NCBI GenBank assembly: GCA_965248575.1
Contig: CBDFJQ010000002.1
Location: 2,583,574-2,647,573, forward strand
Origin: Planctomycetota bacterium
GTDB taxonomy: Bacteria; Planctomycetota; B15-G4
Length of the DNA stretch: 64,000 nt
Direction of reading: 5' to 3'
The notes under the pieces are model-generated. The model made no database searches, had not been told where the DNA came from, and saw only the letters and a list, made by a program, of their open reading frames with translations. Positions 1 to 8,917 of this stretch are shown here, one piece after another. Positions within the stretch are counted from its first letter, which is position 1; each line of letters opens with the position of its first letter. A program made the position numbers and the translations under genes.

Positions 1-460
1 CATCAAGCGCCTCATCTCCGTCGGTGGCAAGCGGACGCCAGACTCCTTCCACCGCGAACTGGGCCGCATCATGTGGAACGGCTGCGGCATGGCACGCACG
101 AAGGAGAGCCTGGAAGAGGTGCTCGCCAAGGTGCCCGCCCTGCGCGAGGAGTTCTGGAACGACGTCCGTGTGGTGGGCGGCCAGAGCGAGATGAACAACG
201 CTCTCGAACAGGCAGGTCGCGTGGCGGACTTCCTCGAGTTCGGCGAGACGATGGCCCTCGACGCCCTCACCCGCGATGAGTCCTGCGGCGGCCACTTCCG
301 CGAAGAACACCAGACGGAGGATGGCGAGGCCGTTCGCAACGACGAGGACTTCTGCCACGCCACCGTCTGGGAGTACACCGGCGAAGGGAAGAAGCCCAAC
401 GAGCATCGCGAACAGCTCGACTTCCCGAACGTCCCGCTCGCAACCCGTAGCTACAAGTAG
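1..460 (+). CDS. sdhA: Succinate dehydrogenase/fumarate reductase flavoprotein subunit, C-terminal fragment (5' end lies upstream of the window)
   Basis: Frame 2 is open from nt 2. The translation ...GGHFREEHQTEDGEAVRNDEDFCHATVWEY...ATRSYK matches the conserved C-terminal helical domain of SdhA/FrdA. It is followed 11 nt later by sdhB. Confidence 0.85.
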   Translation, partial: IKRLISVGGKRTPDSFHRELGRIMWNGCGMARTKESLEEVLAKVPALREEFWNDVRVVGGQSEMNNALEQAGRVADFLEFGETMALDALTRDESCGGHFREEHQTEDGEAVRNDEDFCHATVWEYTGEGKKPNEHREQLDFPNVPLATRSYK

Positions 461-471
461 GCTGACGAACC

Positions 472-1221
472 ATGAAGCTGACACTGCGTATCTGGCGACA
501 GAATGGCCCCGACGCCGCGGGCAAGATGGAAGAACACGCGCTCGCAGACGTGAGCCCGGACATGTCCTTCCTCGAGATGCTCGATGTCCTCAACGAGTCG
601 CTGCAGAACGAGGGCAAGCAGCCGGTCGCCTTTGACCACGACTGTCGCGAAGGCATCTGCGGCACCTGCTCGCTGGTCATCAATGGCGTGGCCCACGGCC
701 CCATGAAGGCCACGACCACCTGCCAGCTCCACATGCGGACGTTCAAGGACGGCGACACCATCGACATCGAGCCGTTTCGGGCCAAGGCCTTCCCAGTCTT
801 GCGCGACCTCTGCGTCGATCGCAACGCCTTCGACCGCATCCAGGCCCAGGGCGGCTTCGTGTCGGTCAACACCGGCGGCGCCCAGGACGCCAACGCCATC
901 CCCATCGGCAAGGTGGATGCCGACACCGCCATGGATGCCGCCGCCTGCATCGGCTGCGGAGCGTGCGTCGCAGCGTGCCCCAACGCGTCCGCCATGCTGT
1001 TCGTTTCGGCAAAGATCGGACATCTCGCCAACCTGCCACAGGGCCAGCCCGAACGGAGCCGCCGTGCGATCTCCATGGTGAGCGCCATGGACGCCGAAGG
1101 CTTCGGCAACTGCCGAAACATCTACGAGTGCGAAGCCGTCTGCCCCAAGGAAATCAGCCACCACTTCATCGCCGGCATGAACCGCGACTACGTGAAGGCG
1201 TCGATCTGCAGCAAGGAGTAG
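472..1221 (+). CDS. sdhB: Succinate dehydrogenase/fumarate reductase iron-sulfur subunit
   Basis: 249 aa. The 2Fe-2S cluster ligands sit in [22 protein letters not shown] and CEAVCP are the Cys clusters for the 4Fe-4S and 3Fe-4S centres. It lies directly downstream of sdhA. Confidence 0.9.
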   Translation: MKLTLRIWRQNGPDAAGKMEEHALADVSPDMSFLEMLDVLNESLQNEGKQPVAFDHDCREGICGTCSLVINGVAHGPMKATTTCQLHMRTFKDGDTIDIEPFRAKAFPVLRDLCVDRNAFDRIQAQGGFVSVNTGGAQDANAIPIGKVDADTAMDAAACIGCGACVAACPNASAMLFVSAKIGHLANLPQGQPERSRRAISMVSAMDAEGFGNCRNIYECEAVCPKEISHHFIAGMNRDYVKASICSKE

Positions 1222-1246
1222 GGCGGAGTCAGCCCAGTTCAGTGGC

Positions 1247-2383
1247 TCAGCTGGCGCCGAGCGGCACGATGTCGATCAATCCGGTGACGCCGCTGGCTGA
1301 GACGGCCCTGGCTGCGAGCAGGTGCATCCCCGAGTTCAAGGCTGGCATCGCTCCGTGCAGGGACCACCCGCTGTGCAGCCAATCCGGGCGGGCCTTCGCA
1401 TCCGCCACATCCGCGCGCGGCTGATCGACAGCAACTTCCGCCACCAGTCGACCGTCCAGCAGCAACTGCACGGCTCTCACGGGCGTCGCTCGTCGGGTGT
1501 CCGCGGCCCAGCCATCCAGATGGAATTCTCCATCCCGCACGATGACGCGGTCGATGACCCCCTGCACGCAGGACACGTTTCGCCAGGCCTGCAGGCCCGG
1601 CAGCGGCGACTTGCTGGCCACGAAGACGTCTTGCAGCATCCAGAGGTCCCGCTCCAGCGAGCAGATCTGCGCGACGCCCTGCTCGCGGGCGATGTCCTCC
1701 ACCACCCGCCGCTCCACGAAGGTGGAGCCATACTCGGCTTCATCCAAGCCCAGGCTCTCGCTCTGGGGAATGAAGGTGAATCCGGAGGGATCCTTGCTCA
1801 CCTCACGCACGACATCCGGACCATGGGTGGAGAAGACCAGGAGCCCTTCGTCCGAGAGGGCGTCGTAGAGCACCTGCAACCATTGAGCAAACCGAGCCCG
1901 TGGGAGGTGCGAGAAGAGCGAGCTGACGAAGATCAGGTCGAAGCCCTGACCCACATCGAAGCGGGCCGGGTCCGTGCGCGAGAGGCGCGCGTCCACCGCC
2001 AGCGCTTGCCCTACGAAATCCACTGCCGGCGCCAGGATCTCAGCCGTGGTGATGCGCTCGGGAGGCAACTCCCGCACCAGATGCCGGGTCACGCGGCCAT
2101 AGCCGCTGGCCATCTCCAGCACCTTGCGAGCCGTGCCCAGGCTGCGACCGGCTGCCTGCATGACGTTGTGCAACGACTGGATGACCTCCCGGCCGTCCCG
2201 GTAGTACTGCAACCGGGAACGGCCGGGATGGACAGCCTCTGCCAGACGCGCCGTGAGGAACATCTCGTCCGCAGGGTGAATCTGCTCGCAGAAGCCTGTC
2301 GCCAGCCCCTCCAACTCGAGGTAGGCCCGACCGATCCGGCGCGAGAGATCCGATTCCTGCAACGACTCCGAGACGTCCGACAT
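1247..2383 (-). CDS. Class I SAM-dependent methyltransferase with C-terminal extension domain
   Basis: 378 aa. VLEMASGYGRVTRHL is a glycine-rich SAM-binding motif I, and DLIFVSSLFSHL is a motif II/post-I acidic loop. The C-terminal ~150 aa are of unknown function. The antisense ORF 1322..2428 was rejected. Confidence 0.7.
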   Translation of the reverse strand: MSDVSESLQESDLSRRIGRAYLELEGLATGFCEQIHPADEMFLTARLAEAVHPGRSRLQYYRDGREVIQSLHNVMQAAGRSLGTARKVLEMASGYGRVTRHLVRELPPERITTAEILAPAVDFVGQALAVDARLSRTDPARFDVGQGFDLIFVSSLFSHLPRARFAQWLQVLYDALSDEGLLVFSTHGPDVVREVSKDPSGFTFIPQSESLGLDEAEYGSTFVERRVVEDIAREQGVAQICSLERDLWMLQDVFVASKSPLPGLQAWRNVSCVQGVIDRVIVRDGEFHLDGWAADTRRATPVRAVQLLLDGRLVAEVAVDQPRADVADAKARPDWLHSGWSLHGAMPALNSGMHLLAARAVSASGVTGLIDIVPLGAS

Positions 2384-2414
2384 GCGCGACTGCCCTTGGC
2401 CCGAGGGCCCGGGA

Positions 2415-3359
2415 CTAGCCCTCCTTGAAGAGGTGCAGATCCTGCTGCGGGTAAGGGATGGAGATCCCCGCGGCGTCGAAGCGCTCCTTCACCGTCTTGG
2501 TGACGTCAAACTTCACGGCCCAGTAGTCACCGGTCTTCGACCACGGCCGGCAGACGAAGTTCACCGAGGAATCGGCCAACTCGGCCACCTGAATCACCGG
2601 CGCCGGGTCCGCCAGCACGAGATCGTGACTCTTCACGATCTCCTCGATGATGGCACCCGCCTTGTCCATGTCGTCGCCGTAACCGATACCGAAGGTCATG
2701 TCGACGCGACGCGTGTCATTCGCCGTGACGTTGCGGATGACGCCGCCCCAGATGGCGCCGTTCGGGACGGTGAGCTTCTGGTTGTCTGGCGTCAGCAGAA
2801 TCGTGGACACAAGGCTCATGGCGTCCACCTTGCCCGTCTGTCCGGCGACCTCGACCACATCTCCGATGTCGTAGGGGCGGTAGAGCAGGATCATGATGCC
2901 GGCAGCAAAGTTGCCGAGCGTGTCTTGCAGGGCGAAGCCGATCACGAAACCGAGAACGCCCAGCCCAGCCAGGAGCGGGCCGATGTCGATGCCCAGCTGG
3001 CCGAGGCCCATGACGAAACCGAGCAACAAGACGATCTTCTTCGTCGAGGTGACGAAGAAGTCCTTGAGCAGGTCACTGGCGTTGAGCTTCTTGCCGCTCA
3101 TGGCCTTGTGGACCACCTTGCCCAGTACGTTGCCGACGATCTTCGCGACGAACAGGATCACCAAGAAGATGGCGAAGTTGATGGCGAACGCGATGCCGCC
3201 ATCCGGGTCCGTCAACCAGGCCTGGGCGTCCGCGATGAAGCCGGACGCCTGATCGGCCGCGCTCTTTGGTGCGACCTCTTCGGCACCTTCAGCGGCGGTC
3301 TCGGCGTCTTGGGGGAGGAAGGCGAAGACGGAGGAAAAAGCAGTCATCAATGCGTGCAT
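2415..3359 (-). CDS. Mechanosensitive ion channel, MscS family
   Basis: 314 aa with N-terminal TM helices. The conserved MscS pore and beta-domain signature is present (...LLTPDNQKLTVPNG...; GDVVEVAGQTGKV). Confidence 0.8.
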   Translation of the reverse strand: MHALMTAFSSVFAFLPQDAETAAEGAEEVAPKSAADQASGFIADAQAWLTDPDGGIAFAINFAIFLVILFVAKIVGNVLGKVVHKAMSGKKLNASDLLKDFFVTSTKKIVLLLGFVMGLGQLGIDIGPLLAGLGVLGFVIGFALQDTLGNFAAGIMILLYRPYDIGDVVEVAGQTGKVDAMSLVSTILLTPDNQKLTVPNGAIWGGVIRNVTANDTRRVDMTFGIGYGDDMDKAGAIIEEIVKSHDLVLADPAPVIQVAELADSSVNFVCRPWSKTGDYWAVKFDVTKTVKERFDAAGISIPYPQQDLHLFKEG

Positions 3360-3500
3360 GGAGAAACTCCGGAAACGGGGTAATCGTCGGATCCGCGCTG
3401 CTCAAGCGCTGGTACGCGTGCTCCAAACCCACCCGTGGAGCCCCGACGATGGGCAGGAGATTGCCGGATCGAGGGGTCCTGGCGCAAACCCTGGGGAGGC

Positions 3501-4244
3501 TCACCCCTTGGCTTGGTTCGCCACGGCCTCGGCAGCCTTCTTCGCAGCCTCGGGGTCGCCCAGATAACGGCTGCTGATGGGCGTCAGGTCATCATCCAAC
3601 TCGTACACGAGAGGAATGCCTGTAGGGATGTTCAGGCCCAGGATGTCCTCGTCGGAGATTCCATCGAGGTGCTTCACCAGTGCGCGCAGGCTGTTGCCGT
3701 GGGCCGCGATGATCACACGCTCTCCCCGCTTCACGGCCGGCGCAATGACATCGTTCCAAGCGGGAAGGAAACGATCGACCGTGTCCTTCAAACATTCCGA
3801 CAATGGGATCTCATCTGTCGCGAGCGAGGCGTAGCGTCGGTCGTGTCCTGGCCAGCGTTCATCACTCTTGTCGAGCGCGGGCGGCGGCACATCATAGGAG
3901 CGGCGCCAGATGAGCACCTGATCAGCTCCGTGCTTCTCCGCCGTCTCCGCCTTGTTGAGCCCCTGCAACGCCCCGTAGTGCCGCTCGTTCAACTGCCACA
4001 TGCGATGCACGGGCAGCCACATGCGGTCCATCTCGTCGAGGCTCAGCCACAGCGTCCGGATGGCGCGCTTGAGCAGCGACGTGTAGGCCACGTCGAACTC
4101 AAAGCCTCCCTCCTTCAACAGCTGACCGGCTGTCTTCGCCTCATGCACTCCCTGCTCACTGAGGTCGACGTCGTACCAACCCGTGAAGCGGTTCTCCTTG
4201 TTCCATTCGCTCTGACCGTGGCGCAGCAGGACGAGGGTCTTCAT
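3501..4244 (-). CDS. gpmA: 2,3-bisphosphoglycerate-dependent phosphoglycerate mutase
   Basis: 247 aa. It carries the catalytic His motif [10 protein letters not shown] and a highly conserved dPGM fold ([22 protein letters not shown]). Confidence 0.92.
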   Translation of the reverse strand: MKTLVLLRHGQSEWNKENRFTGWYDVDLSEQGVHEAKTAGQLLKEGGFEFDVAYTSLLKRAIRTLWLSLDEMDRMWLPVHRMWQLNERHYGALQGLNKAETAEKHGADQVLIWRRSYDVPPPALDKSDERWPGHDRRYASLATDEIPLSECLKDTVDRFLPAWNDVIAPAVKRGERVIIAAHGNSLRALVKHLDGISDEDILGLNIPTGIPLVYELDDDLTPISSRYLGDPEAAKKAAEAVANQAKG

Positions 4245-4403
4245 GACGAGGCATCTCAGGCAATGACGGGATGGTTGTGAACGGGGGCGGCTGTCGGCAG
4301 CCGACGTCGGGTGCGCGCAGCCACGGCTTCGCGCCTATCAAACCGTGCCGGCTCCGGGCGGGCAAGGCATGTTCGGCCCAATGCCCCGGGGCGCGGCCGA
4401 CGC

Positions 4404-5360
4404 TCAGACCAGGAGCTTGATGGCAGCCGGCACAACTCGCGCGTCAAAGGGAGCCTGCCCCACCAACTCTCCGTCGATGTTGAGCGAGCTCGCGCCCTCC
4501 GCCTCCAGGCGAAATTGCGACACCCGGCGAGCGATCACGAGCGGCGAACTCAGGTGCTCCGCTGTTCGTAGTTTGGCGAAGAGCCCGAGCAGCGCGGCCC
4601 GAGTGCCTCCGCGCACCACGATCAGGTCCAGCAGGCCATCGTCGATCCGCGCATCCGGGGTGATGCGCATCCCGGCCCCGGTGTGCCGCGTATTGCCCGC
4701 AAACACGAAGCGCAAGCTCCCCTCCAGGACCTCATCCTGCAGCACCACACGCCCCCGACGGGCCGGCTGCTTCAGGACTTCCAGCACGCTCGCCACGGTG
4801 TAGCGGCTCGACCCCATCCAACGCAGCTTCTCGGACCGGGCGCCGATATCCGAGACGAGACCCCAGCCGATGATGTTGAAGGCGTGCACGATCTGCTGGC
4901 CCATCTCGACCCGGACCAAATCCAGGGAGCGACGGCGCCCCGAGAGGATCCGGCGCGCCGCTTCACGAGGGTCCAAGGCAGCCAGGTCATGCATGAGGGC
5001 GTTGCCGGAGCCGCCCGGCAGAACAGCCAGCGGCGGCTGCCAGGCGTCCAGGCCGGCGGCAGCTCTCCGATCCATGAGCCCGTTGACCACCTCGTGGATC
5101 GTGCCATCACCGCCGAGCGCACAGAGCGCCATGCCCTCATGCAACTCGAGCTGGCCCGCCAGTTCGCGCGCGTGCCCCGGCGCCTCGGTCTCGTGAACCT
5201 GCAACTCCACACCCTGTGACCGCAGGTGGGCATCCACCTGCGAGAGCACATGCGCCGCACGTCCCCCGCCGCCGTGGGGGTTCATGACGACGGCGAGGGC
5301 CCTGGGCGCCGGTGCATGTACCGGTGCAGGCACCGGCTGAGCTGCTTGGGGCTTAGCCAC
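4404..5360 (-). CDS. Diacylglycerol/lipid kinase catalytic-domain protein (YegS/BmrU-like)
   Basis: 318 aa. The DAGK_cat signatures are VVMNPHGGGG, GGDGTIHEVVNGL and PGGSGN. The start codon is uncertain because an N-terminal Pro/Ala-rich stretch precedes the domain. It overlaps the upstream lipoprotein gene by 8 nt. Confidence 0.75.
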   Translation of the reverse strand: MAKPQAAQPVPAPVHAPAPRALAVVMNPHGGGGRAAHVLSQVDAHLRSQGVELQVHETEAPGHARELAGQLELHEGMALCALGGDGTIHEVVNGLMDRRAAAGLDAWQPPLAVLPGGSGNALMHDLAALDPREAARRILSGRRRSLDLVRVEMGQQIVHAFNIIGWGLVSDIGARSEKLRWMGSSRYTVASVLEVLKQPARRGRVVLQDEVLEGSLRFVFAGNTRHTGAGMRITPDARIDDGLLDLIVVRGGTRAALLGLFAKLRTAEHLSSPLVIARRVSQFRLEAEGASSLNIDGELVGQAPFDARVVPAAIKLLV

Positions 5361-6003
5361 CGCCCATCAGCGCGTCCACTTCGGCAGCGGACATGCCGTT
5401 GAGCTTGTCCAACTGCTTGTCGAGGTCCGCCTCGAACTCCGCTGCGTCCGCCTTGATGCGCTTGCGCGTCAACTCGCGACGGAACGCCGCGTTCATCTGA
5501 TCGCGATAGGTGAGGATCACATCGTCCAGGTCCATGCGGTAGAGCACGAAGTAGGTCTTGGCGATGGGGTCGTGGAAGTCGTCCCACTGCTTGGCGCCGG
5601 AGATCATCTGATCCGACACCTGTCGCGAGATGTCCTGGGTGTATTCCACCGACGAGGCCGTGTCCATGGACTCGTAGTAGTCGCGGTTCGAGGACATGTA
5701 GTCCGTCACCATGCTTTGCACGAGCACGTTCACCGTGCGGGCGATCTCAGTGCGCGCGCGGGTGCGCGCCTGTGTCAACTGCATGGCGCGGTTGGGGTTC
5801 GTCTCGGCAATCCCCACGCCGTAGACGGCACGAACCTCACCCTCCTCACCGATCCGGTTGGGGCGGGAAATCCACTCGGGCGAGTTGGACGCCGTCGAGA
5901 GACTCTGGGGTTCGGTGGACGCACACCCGGTGGCCAGCCCGCAAGCCATGAGGCCTGCCAGAAGGGTCGCCGGGGAAAGTCTGCTCAAGATGGGTCGTGC
6001 CAT
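5353..6003 (-). CDS. LPP20-family lipoprotein
   Basis: 216 aa. The signal peptide has lipobox LMAC|G. The LPP20-like core is RAVYGVGIAE...AMQLTQARTRARTEIARTVNV...YFVLYRMDLDD. Confidence 0.65.
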   Translation of the reverse strand: MARPILSRLSPATLLAGLMACGLATGCASTEPQSLSTASNSPEWISRPNRIGEEGEVRAVYGVGIAETNPNRAMQLTQARTRARTEIARTVNVLVQSMVTDYMSSNRDYYESMDTASSVEYTQDISRQVSDQMISGAKQWDDFHDPIAKTYFVLYRMDLDDVILTYRDQMNAAFRRELTRKRIKADAAEFEADLDKQLDKLNGMSAAEVDALMGGG

Positions 6004-6273
6004 GGTTTTGATCCTTTTTGAAGCCGCGACGTCCGTGAGACAAGCGGCAAGTCATGAGGGCTTCGAAGAGTGCATTTCGCAAGCCATCACTTGGGTCTGT
6101 GGCCAGCCTGCCAAACGCGGCGAGCGGCCTCTAGGGGGCAGACCCGGGGAAGCACACGGGAGCCTTGCGTCCAAGTCCTGCAAGCGCTGGAGGCCGGGTT
6201 TCCCCTGAAGCGGCTTGCGTGCAACCATTCAAGCGCCTGTTCCGCACCTCCCCCCCTGCCTCAGGGACTGCCC

Positions 6274-7791
6274 ATGACCTTTCGCTGTCTGCTCGCCATC
6301 GCGCTGCTCTTGCCTGGCTGCCTCAGCACCTCGGGGACCTCCTTGCCCAAATGGGTGGATGCGCCGGCAAGCCATCCTCGCTGCGACCGGCGAGAGGCAC
6401 TGTGCGCCGTGGGCATCGCCTCGGGCTCGGGCCAGGCCGCCCGGGAGCTCGCACAGCAGCGCGCCCTGGAGCAGATCGTGTCGTCGGTGCTCGTGTCCGT
6501 GCAGAGCACCATCGACCTGGACTCCACGAGCCGCCGTTCCAACGACGACATCTTCTGGACAGATGAGGTACGGGAGCGCATCCGGGTCAGTTCCCAGCAG
6601 GAGGACCTGCCCGGACTGGAAGTCGTGGAACGCTGGGTGCATCCCACGCGGCGCGAGGTGTACGTGCTGGTCAAGGTGCCCCGGGAACTCCTGCTCGACC
6701 GCTGGATGCCCCGTGTCGGTCAGGCCCTGGCTGAAGCCGAGACCTATCTGCTGACGGCCGACGAACTGAGCATGCACAGCCCCGGCCGGGCCATCCACAA
6801 CACGCTCGAGGCCTACCGGGTCGTGGCCGGCGCCTACGGAGACGCCATCAAATCCAAGGTCGTCGCGCGGGAATCCAGGCAGCGGGGCCAAGCCGATCAG
6901 AGCTTCGCGCGGACGTCCCAACTTATGGCAGAGACATCCGCTCGCCTGGCTCAGCTCATCGGCGGCGTGCGTCTGGTCAAGTTGGCCGGCGACGGGCAGG
7001 CGGGTGTCGTCCGCGGCAGCCTGCCCCAAGCCCTGCGCGTGCGCCTGGAGTACCAAGACCTCAAGGGCGAGGTGCAACCACTGCAGGACGTTCCACTCCG
7101 ATTCGCCTCGCGCATCGAGGGCGCCGCGGATGTGCTGACGGATTCCTCCACCACGGATGCCGCAGGGGAAGCCAGTTGCCGCGTCGTGAACCTGGGCCCC
7201 ACCGGCCTGGCGAACAACGAGATCCTGGTCCAGCCGGGCTTCAGCACGGTGGCTCCGGACCTGGCAGACAAGCACGTCCCCGCCGCGAGCTTCGTCTACC
7301 ACCTCCCCACCGCCGCCGGGACCACGGTGGTGCTCGCCGTCCGTGAAATCTACGAAGGCTCGCAGCTCTCTCCTTCTGTCCTGCAGGGCGAGCTGGCCTC
7401 GCACCTCTCGGGCTTTGGCTTCAGCGTCCGGGGCCAGGAGCCCAGTGCCTCCATGCCTTCCATCGATCTCGAAACCAGCACCGACCCACAGGCCCTGCGC
7501 CAGGCCCTGGGCCCGGACGCGGACGTCCTCTTGCGCGGCCGGGCTGAGGCCCGCCACAGCAGCCTCGAGAATCAACTGCACTGGTTCCGGGCCTACGCTC
7601 AGCTTGAGTTGGTCAACATCGACTCTGGCCGCGTCACGGCCCTCAGCACCGAAGAAGTCAAAGACGCCCACCGCGAGCACTCGCAGAGCGGCGCCATCCG
7701 GGCCCTCAAGCTGCTCAGAGGCCCGCTCTTCGCCGAGCTCGAACGGACTCTCGTCGCCGACTTCGTTCCCAGCTCTTCGCTTGAGCCGTAG
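6274..7791 (+). CDS. Lipoprotein with N-terminal LPP20-like domain and long C-terminal extension
   Basis: The start codon was re-placed at MTFRCLLAIALLLPGC (lipobox LLPGC), so the ORF-track start at 6070 is an upstream in-frame extension. The N-terminal domain CAVGIASGSG...ARELAQQRALEQIVSSV...VYVLVKVPRELL resembles LPP20. The gene is divergent from the 5353..6003 LPP20 gene. Confidence 0.6.
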   Translation: MTFRCLLAIALLLPGCLSTSGTSLPKWVDAPASHPRCDRREALCAVGIASGSGQAARELAQQRALEQIVSSVLVSVQSTIDLDSTSRRSNDDIFWTDEVRERIRVSSQQEDLPGLEVVERWVHPTRREVYVLVKVPRELLLDRWMPRVGQALAEAETYLLTADELSMHSPGRAIHNTLEAYRVVAGAYGDAIKSKVVARESRQRGQADQSFARTSQLMAETSARLAQLIGGVRLVKLAGDGQAGVVRGSLPQALRVRLEYQDLKGEVQPLQDVPLRFASRIEGAADVLTDSSTTDAAGEASCRVVNLGPTGLANNEILVQPGFSTVAPDLADKHVPAASFVYHLPTAAGTTVVLAVREIYEGSQLSPSVLQGELASHLSGFGFSVRGQEPSASMPSIDLETSTDPQALRQALGPDADVLLRGRAEARHSSLENQLHWFRAYAQLELVNIDSGRVTALSTEEVKDAHREHSQSGAIRALKLLRGPLFAELERTLVADFVPSSSLEP

Positions 7792-7824
7792 TCCGCTCCT
7801 CGCACGACGCACGGGGCCGGGGAT

Positions 7825-7915
7825 CGCTGAGCCTGGCCACTAGATCTGCTGCTCAGACAACGAGGCAAACAGACGCCTCGAGAACTCGCCTCAGATCTAG
7901 TGGCCAGGCTCAGCG
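7825..7915. repeat. Perfect palindromic element A: 24-bp stem (7825-7848 / 7892-7915) around a 43-nt centre that itself contains a 6-bp hairpin (cgaggc-aaacagac-gcctcg)
   Basis: Read directly from the sequence. gctgagcctggccactagatctg is at 7826-7848 and its exact reverse complement cagatctagtggccaggctcagc is at 7892-7914. The flanking C/G pair extends the stem to 24 bp. Confidence 0.9.
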
Positions 7916-7919
7916 CTCC

Positions 7920-8072
7920 CCTCCTCGGTGGAGGAGGTGGACACGATCGGGGCGTGGGGGGAGACGAGTCGACACCTCTTTACGAGTGTGGTGGCGAGTC
8001 GACAGCCGGATCGATTCACCCACTCCCCTGAAAGGAGCAGCACAGTGCCCTCGGAAAGATCCACCGAGGAGG
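7920..8072. repeat. Inner 13-bp inverted repeat (cctcctcggtgga at 7920-7932 / tccaccgaggagg at 8060-8072), nested between elements A and B
   Basis: An exact reverse-complement match seen in the sequence. The intervening segment also holds a 10-bp direct repeat cgagtcgaca, present twice. Confidence 0.8.
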
Positions 8073-8077
8073 CGGGG

Positions 8078-8168
8078 CCTGATTTTCGGGCAGGCGATCT
8101 GAGGCGAGTTCTCGAGGCGTCTGTTTGCCTCGTTGTCTGAGCAGCAGATCGCCTGCCCGAAAATCAGG
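8078..8168. repeat. Perfect palindromic element B: 24-bp stem (8078-8101 / 8145-8168) whose 43-nt centre is the exact reverse complement of the centre of element A
   Basis: cctgattttcgggcaggcgatctg is at 8078-8101 and its exact reverse complement is at 8145-8168. The centre 8102-8144 equals RC(7849-7891). The 55-bp core gatctg...cagatc (7843-7897) is therefore repeated, inverted, at 8096-8150. Confidence 0.9.
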
Positions 8169-8243
8169 TCCCGCCGGCACACCGCCTGCACCTCAACCAG
8201 AGGCACTGCTGCGAGACGCCCGCTGACTGCGTATCCTGCGGGC

Positions 8244-8912
8244 ATGACTGAGAGCACTGACAGCCGTTTTGTTCCGCTCACCGAGCGCTTTGCCCCTGAC
8301 GCCCCACCGGAAGCGGCCGCCCGCGACTTCTATGAGGTCATGCGGCTGCGTCGCACCATCCGGGAATACTCCGACCGACCCGTGTCACGCGAGACCATCG
8401 AATGGGTCGTGCGGGCCGCGGGTTCGGCACCTAGTGGAGCGAACAAGCAGCCCTGGCGTTTCGTGTGTGTCCAGGACCCCGAGACCAAACGGCGCATTCG
8501 CGAAGCCGCCGAGGAGGAAGAGCGCGCGTTCTACGCGGGGCGTGCCAATGAGACCTGGCTTGCCGACCTCGAACCCCTGGGCACGGACACGGACAAGAGC
8601 TTCCTGGAAGTGGCGCCGTGGTTGATCGTCGTCTTCAAGCTCATCCGCGATGACGATGGTGGGCAGGTCTACTACCCCGCAGAATCCGTGGGCCTGGCAG
8701 CGGGCATGCTGTTGGCGGCGGCCCACCACGCGGGCCTGGCGACGCTCACGCACACCCCCAGCCCCATGGCCTTCCTGAGCAAGGTGCTCGAGCGGCCCGA
8801 CAACGAGCGCCCCTTCTTGCTGATCCCCATCGGCTACCCGGCCGAGGAATGCCTGGTGCCCAAGCTGGCCCTGACGCGCAAACCCCTGGACGAGATCATG
8901 CTCGTCCGCTGA
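8244..8912 (+). CDS. Nitroreductase-family flavoprotein (iodotyrosine-deiodinase-like subgroup)
   Basis: The start was placed at MTESTDSRF; the ORF-track start at 8133 lies inside palindromic element B. YSDRPVSRETIEWVVRAAGSAPSGANKQPWRFVCV... is the typical nitroreductase FMN-binding N-terminal region. Confidence 0.75.
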   Translation: MTESTDSRFVPLTERFAPDAPPEAAARDFYEVMRLRRTIREYSDRPVSRETIEWVVRAAGSAPSGANKQPWRFVCVQDPETKRRIREAAEEEERAFYAGRANETWLADLEPLGTDTDKSFLEVAPWLIVVFKLIRDDDGGQVYYPAESVGLAAGMLLAAAHHAGLATLTHTPSPMAFLSKVLERPDNERPFLLIPIGYPAEECLVPKLALTRKPLDEIMLVR

Positions 8913-8917
8913 GGCCT

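Noticed and set aside
6070-6273. Upstream in-frame extension of the lipoprotein ORF; the same treatment was applied to 8133-8243, 23284-23817, 25029-25130, 41611-42036, 43269-43319, 50162-50227 and 56279-56491
   Set aside because: In each case a downstream Met gives a signal peptide, lipobox, Tat motif or conserved family N-terminus. The upstream extension overlaps the preceding gene or the repeat element.
7928-8140. 70-aa ORF lying between the two palindromic elements
   Set aside because: It begins and ends inside the inverted repeats. It has no recognisable RBS or protein features and is more likely non-coding spacer of the repeat complex. It was kept only as context for the repeat finding.
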